The notes under the pieces were generated by a model, which was not told the DNA's origin, searched no databases, and worked only from the letters and a program-made list of their open reading frames with translations. A DNA stretch of 61,065 nt, counting the filler. It is 6 parts of 6 records of this genome, joined end to end, with 100 filler letters (N's around TTAATTAATTAA, not from the genome) between each part and the next. Parts side by side here need not be neighbours in the genome. Positions count along the whole stretch, not along the records: positions 25,588 to 34,656 come from SRR31147125_14814; positions 34,757 to 41,639 come from SRR31147125_14846; 4 more parts are not named here. One strand, given 5' to 3'. This document shows positions 30,489 to 39,563 of the stretch, in pieces; the stretch's first letter is position 1, and the number at the start of each line of letters is the position of its first letter. Made by a program: the position numbers and the translations under genes.

Positions 30489-30697
30489 TTAATAATAAAA
30501 TTTACTCTGTTAAAAGTTAATAGTACAAAGAAGAATTGTTATTGCCAAAACAGATTGCAATTAAAATATTCAAATAATATTTAAAGAATTAAATGTATTA
30601 ATTAAAATTTAACACATGTATTGTTCATTTTTGTTGGTGTTAAGTTTAGGTTTGCGTACTTCTTTATTTTCAATATTTGAAAGTTTTATATTTGGTT

Positions 30698-31801
30698 TTA
30701 CTTTTTTTCTTCCATTAAATTATAGTATACATCATAAGTTTGGAGAGCTATGGTGTCCCAATCGTATTTTTCTTTTAATAAATCAGTGTATATAATATCT
30801 GTTGTACTAGATAACTGTTGGTTTATTCTATCGGCTAATTGCGTGACATTACCTACTTCAAAATAATGATTTTCGGGTAAATCAATTTCTAAATTAGCAG
30901 GTATGTTACTTACTACAGTATTTAAATTGTACGACATAGCTTCAAGTAATGCTATAGGTAATCCTTCATGATAAGATGGCATTACAAAAAGTGCTGCGTG
31001 ACTATAAATTTGCTGAAGTTCTTTTCCTTTTATGTAACCTGTTAAAACCACATTATTTTCTTTTGCTAACAATTTTATATTCTCTGAGTAAGATGAAGGA
31101 TGATCGGTATCACCAACGAAAACTATTTTATAGTCTTTGTTAATATTGGGAATTGCATTTAGTAAATCGTGCCATCCTTTTTCAGGTACGAATCGTCCAA
31201 CTGCTATAATATATTTTTTCTTTTCCAATTTACAGGAAGTTATAAAATCTTCTTCTTTAGCTAAAGCTGGTATTTTAACAGCGTTTAATATAAGGTGTGT
31301 ATTATCTCTATTGTATTTTTCTTTCAGGTTAGTTTTTATGGTTTTAGATATAACGATTATTTCGTTTGCAAATTTTGCACCACACCACTCTCCGATACGC
31401 AGAGAACGTTTGGCTATTTTCCCCCATTTCTGTCGATCATAATCTGGGCCGTGATGTGTTAAAATAACCTTTAATCCTAATAACCGAGCTAATGGTATTG
31501 CCAGTGCTGGACCTATTGCATGGATATGGATAAATTTGAAACCTTTAAATCTGGCATACAGCACAGATAAAATTGTGTGTGATATTGCTTCTAGGCTTTG
31601 GTGGGAGAGTGACCCTAAATCAACTAAATGAATACCTTTAAAAAGTCCATGATGTTTATTTTTAGCAACATAAGATTTACGCCTCGTTAGAGTTATTGAA
31701 ACTCCCATATTTACCATACGTTTATATAACTCTTCGCAATGACTTTCAATTCCTCCGGGAATATTGGGTATTCCCCTTGTCCCTGTTACAAGTACCTTCA
31801 T
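30698..31801 (-). CDS. Glycosyltransferase family 4
   Basis: GTRGIPNIPGGIESHCEEL, VGRFVPEKG, PSYHEGLPIALLEAMS. Confidence 0.93.
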   Translation of the reverse strand: MKVLVTGTRGIPNIPGGIESHCEELYKRMVNMGVSITLTRRKSYVAKNKHHGLFKGIHLVDLGSLSHQSLEAISHTILSVLYARFKGFKFIHIHAIGPALAIPLARLLGLKVILTHHGPDYDRQKWGKIAKRSLRIGEWCGAKFANEIIVISKTIKTNLKEKYNRDNTHLILNAVKIPALAKEEDFITSCKLEKKKYIIAVGRFVPEKGWHDLLNAIPNINKDYKIVFVGDTDHPSSYSENIKLLAKENNVVLTGYIKGKELQQIYSHAALFVMPSYHEGLPIALLEAMSYNLNTVVSNIPANLEIDLPENHYFEVGNVTQLADRINQQLSSTTDIIYTDLLKEKYDWDTIALQTYDVYYNLMEEKK

Positions 31802-31999
31802 TTAAAATATTATTTTAGGTGAAATGTTTTTATGAATCAAATCTAATTCTTAGTGAAGAAAGATTCGATCTAAGCATAATTAAAGATTCGGATCTAATAT
31901 TAAAAGATAAAATTTCTAAAAAAATATTCATTTCATTTGTGCGATTTTAGACTTTATATCAGAATAATAAGTTACTAAAATTCTAGCAATCTTATATTA

Positions 32000-33094
32000 T
32001 TATTTAGTATTAAATACTTTGATATATCCATCTGTCATTTTCTTTATAGTAAAATCTTTGCTTCTGTTTAATGCATTTGTAATTAGGTTTTTGCAATATT
32101 CGGGTTCGTTTTTTAAACGCTTTATTGTTTTGATCCAAAGATTTGGTTTGTTCAATGGTAAAACAATACCGGCTTCTAATCCGTCCGAGTTTCTTATAAT
32201 AACGTCTTTTTGTGAAGGTACGTCGCTTGTTAGAATTGGTAAACCTGCAAACATAGCTTCAATTAATGCATTACTCAATCCCTCATAAATTGAAGGCATG
32301 ATAAAAATATTTAGACATTTAAGGAAGTATGGTATATCTTCAGCTTTCACTTCTTTAATTATACATAATTGAGTTGTTATTTTTAGTTCCCTGGTTTTAT
32401 TCAAGATATCGTTCTCCAAAGGTCCTTTTCCAACAATCACTAGCTTTACATTAGGTAAGAACTGTAAAAGATTTATTAAAAATAAATGGTTTTTTTGTTC
32501 AACTAATCGACCAATGGAACCAATTAAAAATTCATCTTTTTCAAATCCAAACTTTTTTCGACAATTCTCTTTGCTTGCTTTTGGAATAGTATACTCCAGT
32601 CCGTTATTAATAACTGATATTTTATTATACGCCTTCTTCGAATAATTTGAAAAAGATTTTTTGGTATCGTTACTAACAGCTGTTATTTGAGTATACAATC
32701 CAGAATTTGCAAAAAAAGCATCAATTTTTTTTAGTATTCTAGATAATTCTTTGTCGCACACATTTCTGTGCGATGCAATACGTTTTTTTACTCCGCATAA
32801 CCATGCTGTAAATAATCCGATAATATTTGCATATGGCAACATTGTTAAAACAACATCTGGTTTATAATTAACAATAAGTTTTATTAATGAATACCAAAGT
32901 ATTAGAAATCCTTTAGCATTTACGCGTTTATCGTAAACTAAATTGGGAGTAGAGTTAGAAAAATTTGGGGTTTTTCGGTTTAAGAACCATGTTTGGGTTT
33001 CATATCCCTCATTATTAAGAGAATCATTTAAACGAAGCGCTACTCTTTGCGCTCCACCTGGTTCATAATTTGAGCAGAGAATTAAAATCTTCAA
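32000..33094 (-). CDS. Glycosyltransferase family 4
   Basis: GGAQRV, IGRLVEQKN, PSIYEGLSNALIEAM. Confidence 0.92.
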   Translation of the reverse strand: MKILILCSNYEPGGAQRVALRLNDSLNNEGYETQTWFLNRKTPNFSNSTPNLVYDKRVNAKGFLILWYSLIKLIVNYKPDVVLTMLPYANIIGLFTAWLCGVKKRIASHRNVCDKELSRILKKIDAFFANSGLYTQITAVSNDTKKSFSNYSKKAYNKISVINNGLEYTIPKASKENCRKKFGFEKDEFLIGSIGRLVEQKNHLFLINLLQFLPNVKLVIVGKGPLENDILNKTRELKITTQLCIIKEVKAEDIPYFLKCLNIFIMPSIYEGLSNALIEAMFAGLPILTSDVPSQKDVIIRNSDGLEAGIVLPLNKPNLWIKTIKRLKNEPEYCKNLITNALNRSKDFTIKKMTDGYIKVFNTK

Positions 33095-33105
33095 GTTATT
33101 AGGAT

Positions 33106-34041
33106 TTATTTTTCAAAAGGAAGTTTCAGGATCTGTCCAAGTTTATAATCCCATTCATTTGGTATAATCTTTCCCATGCCGCTGTTATGATGGTATGTTA
33201 TCTCACCTAAATAAAGTTCTTTGTTTACCTCATACCAATCAATTCTAGATAAAATGAAACTTTTTGCTAATTTTTCCGATAGTTGTATCATTTCATTAAA
33301 TCTACTTGGTCGCTCGATTAATCCGTCATATGGCATAGCTAGTTTTATACCTCCTTTTAGAAAGGGCCAATAAAAAGGAGCATCTTTCCAATCATTTACA
33401 TACCAATTTCTCCGATAATCTTCATTTCGATCGATATCTACCTGAACAGTAATATATTTTCCATTAAAGCAATGAACTTTATAATCATATGGCAATTTAC
33501 CGGCTTTATCACCTAAAAATTTTTCAACCAAAATTTTCGGTTCAATGTTTTTATACTGCCATTCTTTTGTAGGATAATAATAATTTTTGCATAAACGTTT
33601 TTTGAAGTTTTTCTGCAATCTAGACCAGTCCACATTTTCTTTATCGAACACAACAACTCCACCGTGACTATCATGGTTGCATTTTACAATTACTGGAAAA
33701 TTGGGAAAATTTTCTGGTTTTAGATTCTTTACATCTGCAGTTACAAAAACCAATGGAACAGTATAATCTTTACCTAATTTTTGTAAGGCGAATTCCCTCA
33801 TTTTAATTTTGTCAGCGCATATCGTTTGCAAAGAATTTCTATTATAAAGTTTTAACCAGTTTATCTTTTCATTTAACGTTTGTGGATTTTTTAAATTAGG
33901 TAATTTTCCAAAAGAAGTGAGGTACCAAATTTTTGTAAAGAATTTTTCTGGTATTAACCTATTTATTAAATAAGAAATAGTAATTATTATTGGTTTAGAT
34001 AACCAGTAAATACATTTCTTTTTTAAAAACCTCCGTAACAT
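33106..34041 (-). CDS. TupA-like ATP-grasp protein
   Basis: NLKNPQTLNEKINWLKLY, ADK, KCNHDS, EWQYKNIEPKILVEKFL, DYKVHCFNG, RIDWY, GEITY. Confidence 0.9.
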   Translation of the reverse strand: MLRRFLKKKCIYWLSKPIIITISYLINRLIPEKFFTKIWYLTSFGKLPNLKNPQTLNEKINWLKLYNRNSLQTICADKIKMREFALQKLGKDYTVPLVFVTADVKNLKPENFPNFPVIVKCNHDSHGGVVVFDKENVDWSRLQKNFKKRLCKNYYYPTKEWQYKNIEPKILVEKFLGDKAGKLPYDYKVHCFNGKYITVQVDIDRNEDYRRNWYVNDWKDAPFYWPFLKGGIKLAMPYDGLIERPSRFNEMIQLSEKLAKSFILSRIDWYEVNKELYLGEITYHHNSGMGKIIPNEWDYKLGQILKLPFEK

Positions 34042-34214
34042 TTAAATTATTTAGTTTAATAGTTAGTTAGGTTAAATCAAAATTAAAAATTATTTTATCT
34101 GATAAACATAAATTATGTGCAAGGAAATCTATTTGTAAAGCATATATTTCTGGAATTGTCTTTTTTATGTTGTTGATATGGAGTTTAAATTCCAAAGTTA
34201 AACATTGTAGGTTG

Positions 34215-34656
34215 TTATGTTATTAAATTGAATACAGCACCAGAACTTTGAAAGACTTCATTGTTACCGTTTTCAACCTCACTTTCGAATGGAAGTGTTA
34301 ATAGTTTACCAAGTTTATAATCCCACTCTTTTGGCGAAATAGGATCTATTCCCCCACCATGATGGAATGTTAATTCGCCTACATAAAGTTTATTATCAAC
34401 AATATACCAATCTACTCTTGTAAAAAGAAATGGTTTGGCAAGAATTTCCGATAGTTCTATCATTTTGCTTAATAAGTCTGGTTTTTCAACGTCTTTATCA
34501 GTTGGAAATCCAATTAATTTTCCATTTTTATATGATGGCCAGTAAAATGGAGCTCGCGTCCAATCCCTGAGGTAATAATTTGTTTTAAGATTAGTCGTTC
34601 TATCAATATCTACATGTGCAAAAATTACTTTGCCATTAAAACAATATAATTTATAA
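34215..34656 (-). CDS. Second TupA-like ATP-grasp protein (5'-truncated by contig end)
   Basis: Frame open to the contig edge: YKLYCFNGKV..AHVDIDR...PFYWP...MIELSEILAKPFLFTRVDWY...GELTFHHGGG..PKEWDYKLG. Confidence 0.88.
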
Positions 34657-34756
34657 NNNNNNNNNNNNNNNNNNNNNNNNNNNNNNNNNNNNNNNNNNNN
34701 TTAATTAATTAANNNNNNNNNNNNNNNNNNNNNNNNNNNNNNNNNNNNNNNNNNNN
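34657..34756. other. Artificial contig linker
   Basis: N44-TTAATTAATTAA-N44. Confidence 0.99.
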
Positions 34757-34807
34757 GTACATCATACCAATCATTTTCTGCCGTGGTGTTTCCTTACCGT
34801 GCCCCAT
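34757..34807 (-). CDS. gldM: GldM/PorM, first 17 codons only (contig end)
   Basis: MGHGKETPRQKMIGMMY matches the GldM N-terminal motif and follows gldL. Confidence 0.9.
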
Positions 34808-34842
34808 AATCTAATTCAATATCAGCTTTGGTTTAATTAATT

Positions 34843-35814
34843 TTATTTTGCTGAATTTACTGCAGATAACATATTGCCATAAACATTATTTAGTTCGGCA
34901 ATATTACTACCAAGCTTACCCATTTCATCTTTGAAATGTTTTGTCTCTTCAACAGATTCCTTTAAATTTTTAGTCATCTCATCTAATCCCTTGTACAAGT
35001 TATTGGTCTCTTTTAGATGTTCATTTGTACTCTGAAGTTGAAGTTCATATACAGCATTTAAGGCTGAGAGGTTTTTATTTAAAGCTTCAAGACTACCTTC
35101 GTAGTTTTTACTGTTTCTTGTAATATTTTCATGCTCGTTTACAAGCGCATTTGCTAATTTTTGGTATGCATCAGAAATTACATCACCTGTTTTGTGCATT
35201 ACATTTGCAGAATCCTGATAAGTTGTATTTAACATACAGACAGATTCTTTTAAGCTTTCATTTGAATTTGAATAAGTATCAGATAATTCTTTAACAGAAT
35301 CAGATGCATGTTTTACATTCTGGAAATATTCTTTTGTTGCAATTGATGCATCAGAAATATCAGATAGGTTGGTTACGGTAGAGGACAATTTTGTTAGTCC
35401 ATCACCAATTTTTGACATGGTTTCACTATCAACTTCTGGAAGATTTGCAAAAGATGATACTGCTGCGCCAGAATTGTTATTGTTATTTGAATGTGATTGA
35501 AGCTTTTCAGGTTTATGTATTCCTGGATCTTTTATTTCATGAGCTTTAAAGCTATCAATCTCATTTGGATCGGTCATACCTGCTAATTCCGGGTATACTA
35601 ATGTCCAGTCCAAATCTTCGTGTAATGGCTCAAATGCGGAGAAAAAGAATATTAACGCTTCTACACTTAAACCTATAATAAGCATCATAGATGCACCCGG
35701 CCAGTGCATAATCTTAAATAATGCTCCAACAATAACCACCGCTGCGCCCATTCCATATAGCTTAGCCATGAATTTTTTCCAACCCGAACTTTCTACTATC
35801 TCAGTAATGTTCAT
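34843..35814 (-). CDS. gldL: Gliding/T9SS motor subunit GldL/PorL
   Basis: LYGMGAAVVIVGALFKIMHWPG, EALIFFFSAFEP, DWTLVYPEL, C-terminal LNNVYGNMLSA. Confidence 0.96.
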   Translation of the reverse strand: MNITEIVESSGWKKFMAKLYGMGAAVVIVGALFKIMHWPGASMMLIIGLSVEALIFFFSAFEPLHEDLDWTLVYPELAGMTDPNEIDSFKAHEIKDPGIHKPEKLQSHSNNNNNSGAAVSSFANLPEVDSETMSKIGDGLTKLSSTVTNLSDISDASIATKEYFQNVKHASDSVKELSDTYSNSNESLKESVCMLNTTYQDSANVMHKTGDVISDAYQKLANALVNEHENITRNSKNYEGSLEALNKNLSALNAVYELQLQSTNEHLKETNNLYKGLDEMTKNLKESVEETKHFKDEMGKLGSNIAELNNVYGNMLSAVNSAK

Positions 35815-35857
35815 ACACTAACGTCTTAAAACACTTAACAATTTGATTTTTATATTT

Positions 35858-37192
35858 TTAATTTCCTCCGATATAAGATCGAACGCATCTAAATCCAATA
35901 TATGATTTTGATGAATCTTGATATTCGTAACTTCTTGTACCGTTTTGTAGGAAATATCCTATATCCTTCCAAGAACCACCTCTAATAACTTTTCTTTTAA
36001 GTACTGGTGGATCATCAGGTAGAGCATTGTATTTGTAATCAGGATTCATGTCATGCGAGAACTGATATGCTGATTCATCAAAAGCGTTTACGGTCCACTC
36101 AGCTACATTACCAGCCATATCATACAATCCCCATTCATTTGGCTCATAAGTACCAACGGCTGCAGTAGCTAACGCTCCATCATCAGTATAGTTTCCTCGA
36201 AGAGGCTTAAAGTTTGCTAAGAAGCATCCTTCTTTATTTCTTGTATACATTCCACCCCAGGGGTACATAGCATGATCAAGGCCTCCTCGGGCAGCATATT
36301 CCCATTCAGATTCTATTGGTAATCTGTAATCATGAACCCAAGGTTCACCTTCGCTTGACAATGAATTATTTAATAATTGAGTTCTCCATATAGCAAATGC
36401 ATTTGCTTGTTTCCAGTTAACCCCAACTGCTGGGTAATTGTCATAACCAGGATGCCAGAAATACATATTCGCTAAAGGTTCGTTGTACGAGTAAGTGAAG
36501 TCAGATATCCAACATAAGGTATCTGGATAAACTCTTACTACATCTCTGATAATAAATGAAGATCTATCCGTAATTTCTACTCTTTCTCCATTATTATTGA
36601 TAATATATCCTTCGTATTGTTGCGTATCAAAATTATATCTGTTACTTGATTTTGCAGCTTGTTGGAAATCTACCCAAAAATATTCATACATAAGTTTGCG
36701 TGTGTCAAGCTGTTTTCTTCCAAAGAATCTTTCTTCAGTAGGATAGTATAAATCGCTTAATGTTTCAGCAATTTCTTCATCTCTAAAATCAATTTTTTCG
36801 TCCCAGTTGATAAGAGGTGGATCGATAGGATTACCCAATTCGTCTTCCGAGATAGCATACTCATCAAGTACTTCTCCTAACATTCTTCTCATAATTGAGT
36901 CTCTTACCCAGTAAACGAATTGTCTATATTCGTTATTTGTTATTTCTGTTTCGTCCATCCAAAAGGCATCGATTGAAACAGTCCTGGCCATTGTTGTTTG
37001 AGCCCAGGCAACATCTTGGTCACTGGAACCCAAGATAAAACTCCCTTGTGGAATAAAAACCATTCCAAACGGATCAGGTTCAAAATATCTTTTTCTATCA
37101 GGAGCACCTGTTAATTCTCCTTTACTATAACCTCCTCCGCAGCTGCTTATTATTATCGCTAAGAGAATAAAAAGTGAGACAAATTTTTTCAT
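35858..37192 (-). CDS. gldK: Gliding/T9SS lipoprotein GldK/PorK
   Basis: Lipobox IISSC, GELTG, MDETEITNNEYRQFVYWVRDS, YPDTLCW, RLPIESEWEYAARGG, GFRCV; lies between porP and gldL. Confidence 0.95.
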   Translation of the reverse strand: MKKFVSLFILLAIIISSCGGGYSKGELTGAPDRKRYFEPDPFGMVFIPQGSFILGSSDQDVAWAQTTMARTVSIDAFWMDETEITNNEYRQFVYWVRDSIMRRMLGEVLDEYAISEDELGNPIDPPLINWDEKIDFRDEEIAETLSDLYYPTEERFFGRKQLDTRKLMYEYFWVDFQQAAKSSNRYNFDTQQYEGYIINNNGERVEITDRSSFIIRDVVRVYPDTLCWISDFTYSYNEPLANMYFWHPGYDNYPAVGVNWKQANAFAIWRTQLLNNSLSSEGEPWVHDYRLPIESEWEYAARGGLDHAMYPWGGMYTRNKEGCFLANFKPLRGNYTDDGALATAAVGTYEPNEWGLYDMAGNVAEWTVNAFDESAYQFSHDMNPDYKYNALPDDPPVLKRKVIRGGSWKDIGYFLQNGTRSYEYQDSSKSYIGFRCVRSYIGGN

Positions 37193-37250
37193 GGCTAATT
37201 ATTTATCTGCTTTAAAGTTCTTTAATTATCACTTAAATTTAGTCAAATTT

Positions 37251-38234
37251 TTATAAATATCTAATACTTCTATATTTTTGTAGAGCTTTTTCTTTTTTGA
37301 TTTCGAAACAGTAATTTAACATTATTTCGAACGATCCACTTTGGTATCCGATTATTTTACTTGTGCTAACATCGTACGATATACCTAATCTTAAATTATT
37401 CATAAGCTCTAATCCTGCTAGAAATATTATGTCTGATGTTCTTATAGAAACGCCACCCCAAAACTTTTTATTGTATTGAAGCAGAGTATTTATATCAATT
37501 TGTGATGATTTTCCATCTGATTTAAGCAATACAGAAGGTAATAATTCAAAAGATGGATTAGGTAATTGCAGTGTATATCCTGCTGTTAAGTAATAATGTC
37601 TTTGGTAAGCATAAGTTGCTGTAGCCGAAGAATTATCTGATCCCTTGTACTCAATTGTTGGTTCAAGAAATAAACCTGAAAGTACGTTTGTAGCAGAAAC
37701 TCCAAAATAAATATCTTCTGTGCTATAAAAGAGTCCAAGACCTGCGTTAAATACAGTAGCATTGTCTTCACCCTGAGGAACCGCATTATCTGCATCTAGA
37801 GAAGAACCTATTCCACTTCCGTCCGAATATTGCCATTCGGCATTATTTAATGCACTATTTATAAATCCCGCATTAAGTCCTACACCAAGTTTTCCATCTC
37901 CCATATTAATTTGAAGGGCATAACTTAATGATAGGCTAATGTCGTTATTAAATCCATATGTGTCATTATATATTTTGATACCTGCCCCATGAGATGCTCC
38001 AAATAATGTAAATGGTGCACTAACATTTCCAGCAAACGTGGTAGGGGCTCCATCGAAACCCTGCCATTGATTGCGTGCTATTGCTGTAGCGCAAACTTTT
38101 CCGCTACTACCTGCCGCACCTGGATTTATGAAAGCATTGTTAAACATATAGTGACTAAATTGTGCATCTTGTTGTGCATTCAAAATATAAACCGATACTA
38201 TTATTAAATATAGTGATAAGAATAAACGCTTCAT
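37251..38234 (-). CDS. porP: T9SS membrane protein PorP/SprF family
   Basis: AQQDAQFSHYMFN..FINPGAAG, RNQWQGFDGAPTT, HYYLTAGY, SYD, GSFEIMLNY. Confidence 0.93.
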   Translation of the reverse strand: MKRLFLSLYLIIVSVYILNAQQDAQFSHYMFNNAFINPGAAGSSGKVCATAIARNQWQGFDGAPTTFAGNVSAPFTLFGASHGAGIKIYNDTYGFNNDISLSLSYALQINMGDGKLGVGLNAGFINSALNNAEWQYSDGSGIGSSLDADNAVPQGEDNATVFNAGLGLFYSTEDIYFGVSATNVLSGLFLEPTIEYKGSDNSSATATYAYQRHYYLTAGYTLQLPNPSFELLPSVLLKSDGKSSQIDINTLLQYNKKFWGGVSIRTSDIIFLAGLELMNNLRLGISYDVSTSKIIGYQSGSFEIMLNYCFEIKKEKALQKYRSIRYL

Positions 38235-38393
38235 CTTTGTATTTACTTTACTTGGTAAACAAGCAATTGCTTAAAAAGTAAAGTAAATAAAAAAATTATT
38301 CCGCGCCACATAATTAACACTAAATTGTTAATAAAGTCATCTTCTCTAGGATTTATACTGAAAAGATTGAAAATAGTTACTATTTACAGGAAA

Positions 38394-39551
38394 TTATTTG
38401 ATGTTCGTATGGAATTTTAAACATCTTGATGGAATCTCGTTATTACATGCAATTTGATAATCTTTGTAAGAACAGGCTATTAATTGCTCGTTATCGCTAC
38501 TATTCATACCCATCCACCATCTATTGCTTTTTTGACTTTTAAAGAATGTCAGGGAACCAGTTGGATTATTTAATTCTACGATGAATTTTTTGTAGTTGGA
38601 ATTATTTTCCTCCGGGATTTCATCAAAACGGTTAAAATAGCCATCAATAAAATACCAGATTGACTGTGCTGCAAGATGTGATGTTTGATTGTTGTTGTCG
38701 TAATCAGGATTAACGTCGAATAAGCCAAAAATTTTAATTTTTTCACTTATTCCTGCATAGCGGGTAATTGTGCACGCTTCATCGGCCATGAAGCCATTAG
38801 GGGATGGATTATAATGCCCAGGTGCGTCTCCTTGTTTAATTGATGAAATATCGAAACCAAGAAATGTAGTCTCTCTTAATAAGGGTTCTAATTCTATTAA
38901 TTCTTTTTTTGCATCACCAAGCCTTATGCATTCATATTGGTACTGATACAGCTTTTCGAGGATCTCAATATCGTTTAAATATATCTGGTGACCAATATTT
39001 GTATAGTCATCAATTTTATATTTATCACTCTCAATTAATTCTGTTAAATAATTTATAGATTTTGGGATCTCATTATTTGCATTGTAATCAATTCTTGAGT
39101 CAATTGTTGTTAAATTATTTGGCATTTCTAACCTGTTAAATGCCATAATTCCACCAATTGTTATATCCTGACTACCTCCAAGAATAATTACGGTTATTTT
39201 TTTTTCGAGTAGATGAACTAAAATTTCTTTTAATCCAAAATATGTATCGGTAATGCTATTTCCGGGTTTTAAATTCCCCAAATCAAAAATTCGTATAGTA
39301 TTGCTTCGGGGAGTAAATTTTAGTTGATATAACTTATTTCTGATTGCATCGGGTGCTTTTTCAGCACCTTTGTTATACGAATTTCTTGATTCTGGAACAC
39401 CAATTATTGCAATTTGTATCCCTTCTAAATCATCGATGGGAGAATTAGTAGTATTTATTTTAATGTTTGAAATAAAAGAACTTTCATCTGGAACGAAGAA
39501 AGGATCTTTTTTCTCTAAAGCAATAGGGGTTAGATAATCGTTGATATTCAT
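38394..39551 (-). CDS. Arginase/formimidoylglutamase-fold protein with degenerate metal site
   Basis: AIIGVPESR, APDAIRNKLY, DLGN, ILGGSQD, IDSRID, SPNGF, LAAQSIWYFIDG, RWW. Confidence 0.85.
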   Translation of the reverse strand: MNINDYLTPIALEKKDPFFVPDESSFISNIKINTTNSPIDDLEGIQIAIIGVPESRNSYNKGAEKAPDAIRNKLYQLKFTPRSNTIRIFDLGNLKPGNSITDTYFGLKEILVHLLEKKITVIILGGSQDITIGGIMAFNRLEMPNNLTTIDSRIDYNANNEIPKSINYLTELIESDKYKIDDYTNIGHQIYLNDIEILEKLYQYQYECIRLGDAKKELIELEPLLRETTFLGFDISSIKQGDAPGHYNPSPNGFMADEACTITRYAGISEKIKIFGLFDVNPDYDNNNQTSHLAAQSIWYFIDGYFNRFDEIPEENNSNYKKFIVELNNPTGSLTFFKSQKSNRWWMGMNSSDNEQLIACSYKDYQIACNNEIPSRCLKFHTNIK

Positions 39552-39563
39552 ATGGGAAAAATG

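Noticed and set aside
35858-37192. Formylglycine-generating enzyme (SUMF1) call
   Set aside because: Same fold, but the lipobox, GldK-specific motifs and the porP-gldL-gldM context identify GldK/PorK.
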